A stretch of 64,000 nucleotides of DNA from assembly GCA_045837725.1 (NCBI GenBank), contig JBEWZL010000066.1, positions 1 to 64,000 on the forward strand, in the 5' to 3' direction. The translations under genes were made by a program, and so were the position numbers. Source of the stretch: Vermamoeba vermiformis. Taxonomy: Eukaryota. Below the pieces are notes generated by a model. The model saw nothing but the letters and a program-made list of their open reading frames with translations. It had not been told where the DNA came from and did no database searches. Shown piece by piece: positions 11,498 through 23,620 of the stretch; position 1 is the first letter of the stretch, and every line of letters begins with the position of its first letter.

Positions 11498-13113
11498 TTA
11501 TTTTATTTCTTCATAACCAGCATTGCCAGTGTTCTCCGATTCAATTATTACGTTGATTTGCTCTTCTTTCTCTCTTCGCCGCCTGATACTCTCCTGCCTC
11601 GTCATGTAAATATGACGGGCGAGAACACCAACCCAAGTGAGCATCAACAGTCCTGCCATAATGACAAGTAACACAAACATGTACATGTAATACGAGAAGT
11701 CTGCGCCACGAACTTCGAGTCTGTTTGTATTAGTAATGAATTTGAACAGGACCAGAAGCATCGGAAGTGGCATAAGAAGCGTGTACAGAACGAACAACGT
11801 CCATCGAGCCCACAGCTTCATGCGCCAGTAGTTCGACAATTTGTCAAGATAGTTCGTGATTGTTGGCTTGAGTGCAATGACACTACCGAGAGTGATCAGC
11901 GTTGCGAACGCCCACGAGAGGAAGGACCTTTCTGACACGACGTGCGACTCGTTGTTGGGGCTGTCAGACTGATACGATATGATGAATGACAGCATTGGTT
12001 GGTCTCCGTCAAGTTGGTCGCACGTCGGCCAAGGGTATTCAACGCTTTTGCCGTCTGGCTTGAAGAAAGTAAACGTGGAGTTAATGCCGCGCACACTCAA
12101 TTCAGACACCACTTTGGCTTGTAGTTTTCTCGAAGTGGAGAGAGGGCCTAACAGATCGAGCACCGAAGTTGACACCATTTCAGTCCACGTCCAGGTGAAG
12201 GAGACAACTGGAACTGTTGTGGACGTGGCGACTTCTCTGTTCTTAATAATGGCAGGACTATCGGTGAAGATTCCAGGAGGTGGATAGTTTGATAAAGCAG
12301 GCAGCACTGGTGTATAGGCGCTGAGTGAGAATGACCGGTCATCGCGTGGTGCTAATGATCGACAAACGGTGGCGTAGGTTTGCATCCTTCGAAGGCGATA
12401 CACCCGTGCATCGTTGAATTTGCCAGCGTCTAGAACAAATTGGGCTCGGCCATAGGAATTTTGTAGTTTGATGCGGCTCATTTCACAAGTTCGATTGAAA
12501 TGCCACTCTTGATACGCACTTGAGACGTAATCTGAATATACTAAGTACGTGTTGACCACTCTTCCACCAGCCAAGACAAAGTCGAATAATAAGCCAAATG
12601 AAGTGCTCGGATTATCTTGTAACTCTTCGTTGGACGAGAGTTGGTTGGTTTGATAACTAACTGTGCCTGGTGATTCGCTGGTGACTACAAATGAAGTCGT
12701 GCTGACTATTATTAATATGACGGCTATTATCAGCGTTGCCACTCCTCCTGACGCTCTTTTGCGACGTTTCGATTGTTCTTTTTCGTCTGCCAGTAATGTT
12801 TCAGATTCGGATTCGCTTTGGGGTGACTTGTTTTTCTTTTTTGAGAATATTTCTTCAAAATTAACTTCTATGTCTAATTTTCTCATGCATTTTGGTAATT
12901 GTGCAAGTGGTAGAAACAAGAGTAATAGCCAGATCTGCGAAATTGAGATCGTTGTCGCAATAATTGCTGTTGCGGCTATTTGAGTTTCTTTTCGAAAATA
13001 TTCTATTTCTTCAAAACCTATAAAGATCAATTATTAGTGCTAACAGTCGTGAGAGAAGTCGATACGTTATGGAACTTACCTGTGGAAGTATTGAACGCAG
13101 CGCAAGTGTCCAT
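11498..13113 (-). CDS. Uncharacterised multi-pass membrane protein
   Basis: 510-aa ORF with about 5 hydrophobic helices around a large luminal loop; first exon MDTCAAFNTST. Confidence 0.7.
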
Positions 13114-13767
13114 CTTACTCTATTATAATTAAATAGCCATGTTGGTGACTATGATCGAGCAAAAAGATTGACTGTTTCGTTTTTTCGAAGCCAAAACGAA
13201 ATGCACTACGATCAATCAAGAGATTTTCAGACCAAACCACAAAACAGAGCCGTTCAAAAAGCCAGAAAAAGAACCCCCCCCGCGCGGACCATTATCGTCT
13301 GATGCCCGGCTCCTCCAGCCAGTATCTTCAGTCCATTTTGAAAACCTTAAAAATAGACCCCAAAGGGGGCCATTTGCAGGGTAGCCATCCTCCTCATTGA
13401 AAAGCATAAGGGTCCATCCTCTGAAAGACGCCGCCCTGAAAGAGATAGTGAAAGAGGGAGAAAGAGCCAGGGGGTAGGGGGGGTGGGGAAAACGGCCCGG
13501 GGGGAATGCGGATTTTTTTTACCATTAATTAACGGTGAACTTTCTTGTAGTGACACGCGGTTGGCACATTAAATCCAGCCTAACAGATATATAAGCACAA
13601 TAACAATAACAATATCAATGAACCAAAATCAAATATAAATCCAATAAGCCAGATATTTTGAACCTCAATCAGTACTAGAGATTTTCGAAAGGAATTTCAG
13701 AAGCGAATTATGTTGACACTCAAACTGAAGCATATTAACATCTTATTATTTGCTACCAAAATTAATA

Positions 13768-15605
13768 TTATTTACTGCTATATTTTACAACTGATCGGTT
13801 AAACAAAAATTCGTTAATATTTTGTCTTACGGTCTTTCCATTAGTCCATTCAAAATCAATATTGCACGAGTTATGCTCTCTAGATTTGCATTGACGTTCT
13901 TTCTCTACATATTTCTTGCGCAGCATCATCTTTTCGTAGGCAGTCCATCCAACGCAGATGCTGTGGAGCTGTTGCAACAAGAGCGGGATCTGCCATAAGC
14001 CAATCGTTGCAAAAATAGCAATGAAAAGCACGGTGGGGTAGTGACAAACACTTTCAATCAACATTTCCGTCCAAGTCATGCCGGATGTGTAGAAAAACAA
14101 CGCTGTTTCAGGTTAGTCATATACAACGTAGTAATAAGCGATATTAATTACCTTTAAAGTGAATAAGAGCGGTGAAGAATTCCATTGGAATGATGAAGAA
14201 CAAGAAGAGCATGAAGTAGATGTGATTACCAGCACCAACTGCGTTACCAACCCAGACACAAAAATGATCGAATCGGAGCACGCAGCCGCCAGCTTGATGA
14301 CAGTGCTTCGCTCGCGCGGGTCGTCGGACCATGCACGTGTGACACACTTTGACGTCTGTTTGACCCGCATCCACTCCTTTCATGAATTCCTGCAGTGATC
14401 TATTAGCGCCTTCATGAGCTAAGAGCAGTTACTTTACCTTGTCGTCCTTAGCTTTATTGACGATATGGAGCCCTGGGTTAGTAAAGATTGCTAAGGCGTA
14501 GAAGATTGCTGCGGTAAGTGTCAGCGCAGCGTGTAGCCCAAATTCGACTGACGCGCCTAAATCTCGATTAGAAATTACACCAATTAAAATTCCAAACGTA
14601 CCTAGGAAGTCACCAGCTTGCTTGACATTTACAACGAGTGAAAATCCGGTTAGACCCACGAACAAATAGTACGTCTTGTCAAGGTTGAACAAGTACCCGC
14701 GCCACGGAGTTAAGCAGTAAAGGCCCAAGAATAGCACCGCTGCTAGAGCGAACCAAGGATACGAAGGTGCAAGGCCCATCATGATGATGAGATAAGGAGG
14801 CATCAATGCCCAGCCGAGCCAATCGTGGTTCGAGCGAATCGGTTTGTAAGTCTGCAGGTACTGCGCAATATTTTTCTTATTATTTTGCTTAGCCACATCA
14901 GCTGCCGTTCTGCCTTGTGCGTCTTCTAAACGCCATTCTGAATCGTTGCATTTGTCCAGCAGGGCGAGTAAAACTGAATTGTGTCCTGATCGAGATGCGT
15001 TAGCTCCACTCGCCATCTTTGATTCCTTATTAATTCTTACCCAATCCAGCAGCAAGATGAATCGCATTAACGCCTCTCTTTGTACGAAGACGAAGATCGG
15101 CTCCGCAGTTCAACAAATAGCGCACTACATCTGTTCTATTGTTGACAACAGCCCAATGCAGGGGCGTAGAATCCTCTAAATGGACACGGTAAGATTTTAA
15201 TATGTTACCGAAATAACTGGCAGAAATATTACCTTTTGTGTCTTTTTCATCCGCAGCCAAGCCTTTCAATATGAAAAAATGAACTAGCGTTAAATGACCA
15301 AATTGTGCAGCCGTGTGAAGAACGGATTGGCCTAAATATTAACGAATTACTCCCTGATTTCAGAATTACGTTCGATCAAGCGGATCTTTACCGTCAGTAT
15401 TTTTGTGATTCCAGTCAGCACCGCACTTCAGCAAATAATTCACTAATGCTAATGATCCAATGCGCGTCGCAGAAAATAGAGGAGTTTCTCCCTTTTCGTT
15501 CAGCGCATGAATTTCCTTCGGGTGCTCAGCGAAGTACTGGGGTAGATCGCCTAGATTGCCTTCATCAGAGCATAGCTCGTGCACCGACTTTGTTGGAGTG
15601 GTCAT
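13768..15605 (-). CDS. Ankyrin-repeat DHHC-family palmitoyltransferase (Akr1/ZDHHC17-like, DHFC motif)
   Basis: Ankyrin motifs (GETPLF, TPLHWAV); CHTCMVRRPARAKHC..CVLRFDHFCVWVGNAVGAGNH; TM helices; TAYE motif. Confidence 0.9.
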
Positions 15606-15735
15606 GATGCTAACGGAAGACTGACAATGATTTAAAATTGTGCTGTTTTTGGAACCCGGGTTACCAAAAAAATCGTTTTTTTCAACGCAAGTTTTATTGC
15701 AACTGTTTTCATACCGTTAACAACACAACTTAATC

Positions 15736-16219
15736 ATGGGCAAGTGGAGATCAGGCATTTGTGACTGCTACCAAGACTGCGGTATTTGTAAGTAACCGAA
15801 CTTAGAGGGCAATCCATAAAATCAAATTCTTTAATTGGTTCACATCTGCGTCCTGATTTTCCAGTAACTATGAAAATACTAATTATTGCATTCGCTCGCT
15901 CGTAGGCGCTCTTTCTTACTTCTGTCCCTGCATTCAATTCGGTTTGAACGCCAAAAAATTAAAGAGTGGAGGTTGCTGCACCTGCTTCTGCTGGGGCTTC
16001 TGGTGGTGGTGGTTGTACGTGTTGGCTTGCATTGGTGGTCCTATCCTCGCTGGATGCTGCCACAGAGCCGAAGTCCGTAAAAAGTTTGGAATCTCTGGCA
16101 ACAAGTGCGCTGATTGCTGTTGTCACGTTTGGTGCTCTTGCTGCGCTATCGCACAAGAAGCTCGCGAGTTAACAAATTTGAAGCATCATCACGCTCAAAC
16201 AGAGATGCCGACCGTTTAG
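15736..16219 (+). CDS. PLAC8-family cysteine-rich protein
   Basis: W.SGICDC..DCGIC, FCPCIQFG, R.EVRKKFGISG..CADCC.H.WC.CCAIAQEAREL; one intron. Confidence 0.92.
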
Positions 16220-16585
16220 ATTCGAGTCCAAACGTACTCTGTACCTTTTTTTTTAGCTTAGATAAAGCTTTGTGATTATACTATACGTAATGCTTGCAAT
16301 ATTTTGGCCTGGTTTCTTAAGATTACCCAGAGATTTATTAACGTTAACTTCCTATTTTTGGCAATAATTTTTTTTTGTTGGGATCTTGCGTAAACTACTA
16401 ACATTGCGGTAGATAAAACCAAGCGAGCATATACATGATTTTATTTTTCTGGCGGTGAATGCCGAGAAACGCTTTGGAATTGTATTTTACAAGGTTTGTG
16501 AACCGCGGATTTCCCCTCCGACAAACCGTTTCTTTTCTTTGCTTGCACGCAAAATACAGCCTGCGTAACCGATTATCGCATTTTG

Positions 16586-19500
16586 CTATTTATGATCTTC
16601 GGCGAGCAATAGTTGCTTCTTGCGGCATTTTTCAATTTTTAGCTCCAAGATCATTTCTTTCTCCTTGGTCTGGTTATACTTGTGTCTTTTTTTAATGAGC
16701 TCTTCTTTGTCCTTATTAAGATCTATTTCTAAACTCTTCCTTTTGTTTAGAGTAATCAACTTCTCGCTCCAGCGACGGCGGTTAAGGGTTATGGACGTAT
16801 CGGCCTTTAACAGCTCAGGAGTCTTATCGCTCAAGCGTCGGAGCTTTTTCGCGATTTTTTTGTGCTTGGATTCCAACGAGCGAATTTTCTTGCGGATCTC
16901 TTTCGTCTTGGGACGCAGTTGTGGATGCTTTGTGTACACGCGCTCGATCGTGTCCCTGCAAGCACCCAAACGCTTCAATACATCGACAGGATCTGCTACG
17001 TCGCCAGCGTACTTCTCAATATGCTCAAACATGACGTTGCCATTCTTGAGAATGAAAGCGCCACCGAGTTGTCTGAGGAACGAGGGTAAGACAGTGGACT
17101 CGATGCAATTGTTAAGACTTACAATATATCCCCTTGTATAGGACCCTGAAAATATCCAAGTGCACGAGCTTCAGCGTTCATAGCTTGCGTCTTTGGATTT
17201 AAAACGCCTTTGATCCAACCCCGTTGGCATCTGAAGTCGTCGTACAAATGACGAGCTTCATCAACGTAGATCTCACCCTCTGTCACGTGGCGTTAGTGAG
17301 AAGACCGGGTACATAATATTTTATACTTACCGAACTTAAACTCTTCCTTAAAAGCTTTAGCTTGAGCAGCAGTTCCCGTGCTAACAGCGACGAGTTTAAC
17401 GCCCCTAAATTTAGTTAGCTCGAAATTTCATCGTGTAATAACAAGTAGAAGCACTTACAGTCTATCGAGATGAGGCTTGATCATCATCAACTCAGATGCG
17501 GTTTTTCGGCAAATAATACTGAAGAAAAAGAGATCGATTAGATCTTGCCCGTGCAGATTATGATGAATGTGGCCTTACCATCCAAAATGTCTTAAGAAGA
17601 CGAACAATACAGTCTTATTCGCGACTACTGAGTTGAACTCAATCAAATTGCCCAATGAGGTCGTGACTTCTCGTTTCAACACCCAAGGAGGCAGAGGATA
17701 CAACCCCTCGCCGTGCATCGCGTCAATAGTAGTCTCTTCTACTCCAAGATCCTCTTCGCTGCTTTCCGCATCCTCTTCTGGAGGATCACTGTCGATGGAC
17801 GCGTACGACTTGCTCATGTCTATCGGACCAAGGTTAGTAAACTTGTATGCAATATTTCGAATATGTTAAGTACATACCTATACTGCTAGTGCTGCTTGCG
17901 TTTGAAACTACTCGCCCTAGCTCGTATAGTTCACTTTCGTTCAAGATCGTGCTTCGTTGGATGTTGACCAGGTAACGTTGAATATGAGGAATAGCGACGA
18001 ATTCATAAGAAGCAGTTTGATGGTAATTAAACTTAAATAAGATCTTTCCAATGCTCGAGAGCTTATGCCAATTGATACGATTGTCTTCTTCGATGGTTTC
18101 AAGTTCTTCCAAGTGCATCAGATCACGCAAAATTAACGCTAGTAAAGAGCATTAGTGGCTTTCATTGGACAATAAGATTATGTACTACTCACCAATATAA
18201 GGGATACAAGGTGCTTGAGCCGATTCTAACTCCCGGCGGTAATTCTTGAAGTTCAATCTGTGATCCATGAGCTTTTTAACCTCTTCGAAACTTTGAACGA
18301 CTTCTTCGGGCAAATTAGGGACAATTCTGTCCATTAACTTGGAGATTGCACCGTTGTTCAATGCCGAGTAGAAGATCATGACTCCATTGAAATTGCTCAA
18401 GCTCCAAAGCTCGCGCATGATCATAATAAACTTGGCAATGCGTTGCGGCCGCTCTTCGGAAGTAGCCATGACTATTTGTGTGCAGATCCACCGCGAGCTC
18501 TGAAAATTCGGAAGTTGTTAGTACAGCGGAAGTAATTAACTACATAACTTGACATACGTCATTAAAGAAGCTGACGAATCGACCCAAGGGCGTATCACTT
18601 GAATCAGTTTCCTTCTCGAATCGCTTCTTGATCAAGACTTCCATCGGGATCCGTTTGAAACTTTCAAAACTGATCAGCGTGAATTGTTCGGCAATGTCTC
18701 GGGCAGTGTCTTCAATAATATCAAATTGGATCGATTTGATGCAATTGTACAAGCTATTGCTTCTCTTTCTACCGCTCATTGGCAAATCTTCTTTGCCCGG
18801 TGAAATCTCGCGCGACATCCGCTTGTAAAGCACGGCGCTGACATCTTTATCGACTTGATTAAGGCCTTCAGAAAGATCACCTGCGAATTCACGTATGATA
18901 CGCATGCATTCGGAGCTTTCTTTAATCTGCGGCTTGAGATTCATCAATTTACTGAGCGTGTTGACCGTTCTAATTGAACGACGCAATTGGTTAATAAATT
19001 AATACGCGGATCTATTATTAGTACGTACCTCATTTTAATCGAGTATTGGTCTTCACGTTCTGAAATGCTTCTGGGATAAAGCTCGATAATTTTCTTCACC
19101 AACTTCAAGTTTGACAGTAAGTAGTCGGATGTGAGCAAGAAGTACGTTGCAAACATAGAATCTATTAATCAATCGTTAATTATGGTATAAATACACGATA
19201 CTAAGGTCGATTTATACCTTTTCTTGAATTTCTAACGAGTTCGACGAGGAGTTCCTCCAGCGTAGCGGATTCGAGTGGTTTTAAAAGTGCAGCTTGTTTA
19301 ATTTTATCAAGTTCAGTACTTTCAGTCTAAGTATCAACATTAGTAATAGATAGATTAAAGTTAAAAACTCGAATTTTATTCCGCTTCATGTACTTACAAA
19401 GTCATCGCTCAAAAGTTGCTTGACCTTTCTGCTCGAATATGGCGTGCCAAGACTCCATCGTTTGGATCTGCCAAGACCTCCCTGCGAATCAGCTGAAACA

Positions 19501-19604
19501 CCGTTGTTATCATCGAGCTCGATGGTTTCGATGGTTTCATTAATGGCGCCCAACTTCTCGCGTAGATTCAACGACAAACGACGTTTGCTTACTGCGACGG
19601 CCAT
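16586..19604 (-). CDS. RasGEF (REM + CDC25) fused to an AhpC/TSA-2 (peroxiredoxin-like 2) domain and a basic coiled coil
   Basis: IAEQFTLI, NFNGVMIFYSALN, NFKNYR, PCIPYIG and INWHKL GEF motifs; in-frame splice to VLFVFLRHFGCIICR...QLGGAFIL. Confidence 0.85.
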
Positions 19605-19736
19605 TTCAATCGATGATCGTGCTGATTATAATGCGTGGTATTATAAACACGATTTCAAATTTAAATAAACTCCAGCATCGCCACAGGTTTTATAAGTCTG
19701 CAGCGGAATAAAATTCGAGTTTTTAACTTTAATCTA
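19351..19736. repeat. Perfect 35-bp inverted repeat pair (19351-19385 / 19702-19736)
   Basis: TAGATTAAAGTTAAAAACTCGAATTTTATTCCGCT is the exact reverse complement of AGCGGAATAAAATTCGAGTTTTTAACTTTAATCTA. Confidence 0.95.
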
Positions 19737-20404
19737 ATCGATTTACCAAACATGGCAATTAATTTGTAATGATTCTAATTATACATCGGATTACTTATGC
19801 ATAATTATGAAGCTATAGGAATAAAAGGTGCCAAGTGTCTACTTTGGCACGAGGATCGGCGATTACTTATAGGCCTTTAAGCTCCCATAGGTCGGGTAAG
19901 TATGATATTTTTAGCATTAAAGAAGTAATATCAGTTTAGCTCTAAAATAAATATGGAGCGGAAGCTAGAACGGACTTTCAATGGACGAAATTACCCCGCG
20001 GTAATAAACTTGTTCTCTAATCAGTCGTTTGAATTGCAACAATATGGTAGTAATTGTGAGTAAAGATAAGATGGAAGAGGAAATAAAAAAATTGGATTTG
20101 GTCAGCAAACTTTTACATTGCGTAGAAAATTTAGTCCGCTTCTAAAAATAATTTAGCCACCGCAAATAAGTTCGATAGGTACCATCACTAATTGCTATTA
20201 GAATTATTGGACTTACCCGAGCTCCGTACATCCTCGATCAAACTCGCAATAGCGTCATGCGTATCTGTCGAGTATACAGTACTGCAACTAATATTAGTAA
20301 CAGGTCTTCTCCGTGGTCAGAAAATAGGTATTTAATGGTTGTTCGTGTTGTGGTGAAGATAAAGATTAATAAATTGAATGTACAAACGGAGTACTCACGA
20401 CGAT

Positions 20405-23289
20405 TTACAAATCATTTACTTTCTTATTTACATGGTGCACTTTGGGTATTTTACTCAAATAGCTGGGCTGGAACAAGTTCTTCAAAGTTTGCGTGATGAT
20501 CTTGCCTTCACCTTTCTTCTTCAACGTTGTTTTCTTATGCTCAGTCGTGTTGGTGTCCTCTACCGCTATGATATTATCCTTTACATCCAGCACGTCCTTC
20601 TCTTGCAATATTTCGTCAAACAGGTTCGTGTCCTGATCCAGCGATGAGTTGTGGATGTCGCTTCCGTTGCGCTGCTCAGGTTGCTCCTCCGCTTTTTCTT
20701 CGTGAACTACTTGCGAGAACAAGTTGTCCTCGTCAAAACTACTATTATGCCCACTGCTAGGCTTTACAGGACTCACGACTGCGGGAGTCAAAGTGTCGTT
20801 GTTCGGGTTACTTTCGATCGGCTTAAATAGCGATTGTGACAATGGCCTTCCGCCGCTATTGTCGCTGCCAAGCAGGTCATTCAGCATGCGTTCGTTCTCA
20901 TCTAATTCGCTCTTTTGTGATTCCTTCTCTGGAGTCGGATCCACAACCTCGGCTGAAGTTCCATCTTTCTTAATATCCGTCGTATCCAAAATTTCATATT
21001 CATCGACTCTATACTCCAGAATTAGCTCTCCACTGCTCGATATTTGGATCGTGGATTGATCGTGCAAGTCGATCGGGATCTCGCCACTTTTGTCGTTTTC
21101 AATGGATTGCAACGCCGCTTGAAATTTATCTTCTTGCTGAAAGCTCATAATCTCCGCCATATCCTCATTGATGTCTTGTTCTTCGTCTTCTTTATATTCA
21201 TTCACCAGATCGCTACTATTCTCATCGCGTTTTTGACGTTTTCTAACCTCCCAGTCACTTTTGACCTCGGGCTCATCGCTCATGGATTTCCTCTTCTTGC
21301 CAACGAACGATTGTTTGATGAAGCCGTAAGCAGTTGCTGACCGTTCTTCAAGCGATAGCCGCCGAGCTGCATTGGCCTCTTCTTCCTTTTTTAGCGTGTC
21401 GTGCGGTGATTTCGCACCACTTTTGCTGCTTGATCCAGCTTTGCGAACTTGACGCATTAGCTGTGCAATTTTTACAGGCACTGTCACCGTGCTCCTGCGG
21501 AGTTTTGCTGCGTCTTTGTGAATATGCTGGTGCAGCAATTTGAGCACGGATCTATCGCATTCCGTGATCGGAGTAATGTGTAACGGCTGAATTAGCTTCA
21601 AAAACTCCATAATCTCCTTATGAGAACTGTGTATGGAGTATAACACGTGCTAAATATGTCCATATTAATGATTGTTCTATTAACTTAAGTCGTAAACATC
21701 CGTACCCAAATGCCGTAACAATCTTTCACTGGCCTTGGATTGAGTGATGTAGACGAATCCATTTGTTGCTGGCCAAACCACTGTGTTGACGGCTTAATCA
21801 ACAAGTACGGTCTCTTTTCACTTTGACATTTCCTACAATAATTCACGTGTCAAACTTTGATCTGCTCTCGACAGTAATTTTCTTTGTGATCTAATGCTTA
21901 CCTTATCAACGAGGCCATTTCTAATTTACGTGCCGCAACACTACTGTCCTCTTCTTCGCGCTCTTCTTTCGTCAATTTGCGTAACTCCGCGCGTTTGTAA
22001 TTGAATCGGTTAATCGATTCAACTTCATCAGAGAGCAACACAAACGTGCCTGAGCGGCACATGTGAATGGAAGTGTCGCTGGCGAGGGCCGTAAGAACAT
22101 TTTCCAGATCTGGCGCACACATAAACTCGTCGTACTTTTCGGGGTCTAAATGAATCTTGATGCACTTAAGTTAGTTAAAATTTCCAAATATAGTAATGCT
22201 CGTAATTACCTTCTTTTTAAAACGTTGGTTCAATCGTTTGTATATTTCCTCGCAGCCTAGCATGGTGCATTCGAGAAACACTTCGCAGTTATTCGGTTGT
22301 TGTTCGATTAATGCAATGATCTGCTCAATAGCCTCGCTCTATATATAGAAATATTAGCATGAGGATCGATTACGTAATGATCGGAGGGTTCCTTACTCTT
22401 TTCGGTAGATCCCAAAAAGGCAGAGCAAAAGTTGCATCCAGGAATACTCGATCGACGGGATTTCTTATTATAGGGGCGTACAGCGGAACAAGTGCTGAAT
22501 TAAACCTGAAATCTCCTATTTTGAACCGACGTTAATGAAAAGCAGAAAAATACGACTAAAAACTCATAGAGTAGTATTACCTGTGTGCAAATAGCGTCCA
22601 AAGTAAGATTCAAACAGTATCCTAATGATCAAGTACTCATATTAGTATCCATATAGATAGCATTGCATAAGATAATTCGCTTACATTACGGATCCAGGAC
22701 AGTGATCGGATGGAAACAGAGTGACGTTAACAACGGTGCATTCAGGCGAGGGTGAAGCACCTTTAGGCGTAGTATCTATAGATGTATTAAGCTGATCTGC
22801 ATCACCATTTGTTGTTTTGGACTCTTGCACCGGCACTAGCGGGATCGAGTACGTGGATCCAACATCAAGCCCAGTCTAATTTAGTATAGAACCGTTAAAA
22901 TAATAAATAATATATCTGGGGCGTAAAATTGCTATTATTAATACTTACAATAATGTCTGGATTAATTTTGAACTTATTCAGAACCAAATCTCGCGTCACC
23001 TCCGAGCAATAAATTGGTCCTGCATTAAATCGTGCTGATAGACCTCCATAATGATCTACGAGAATATAATTATTAATATTTGATCCACTGACTGCTAGCA
23101 ATAAATTTCTGGAAATATTTGCAAGTTACAATCGAATTTAAAAACCACGTAAATCGGATAAATATTCGTGCCTAATTTATTACAACAATTACCTGCATGA
23201 AAATGGGTCAAGAAGAATATTGATACACCAGACACGATCTTGAAGTTGTCCACCGCTATTGGTGTGTAAGGTAGAATGCCATTAAACAT
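20405..23289 (-). CDS. SNM1/Apollo/Artemis-family beta-CASP metallo-beta-lactamase DNA repair nuclease with an acidic tail
   Basis: FFLTHFHADHYGGL, HCPGSVM, YLHTGDFR, VFLDATF, YSIHSS motifs; 3' end uncertain. Confidence 0.88.
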
Positions 23290-23620
23290 TACATAACAAC
23301 GCTGTTGGCTTTGAAGCGTGCTCAAGAGAAAATGGACAAAAAAAGCGAAGCCTGCAACAAAAATTACTGATCGGTCAGAATAACTCTTGCAATTAGGAAG
23401 GATTGGCTCAGGACTTTGGACTTTTTCTTAATTCATGTTCGGTCCTATTACGCTGAGATTCTGAATTAAGGGTCTGGCTGCTAATCCCAAAACTTGCCGA
23501 TTTTGTGTTTTTAGGAAGATCGCACACGTGACCGCCAGTTTTTGAGATTTCTGACCGACGATATTATTATTAGCGTAAGCGCTTAGTGAATAACACACCT
23601 TACCTTACAGCTGTTAAAGA

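Noticed and set aside
17510-17590. Selenocysteine (UxxC) in the SelU-like domain
   Set aside because: The spliced codon is TGT (Cys); there is no in-frame TGA.
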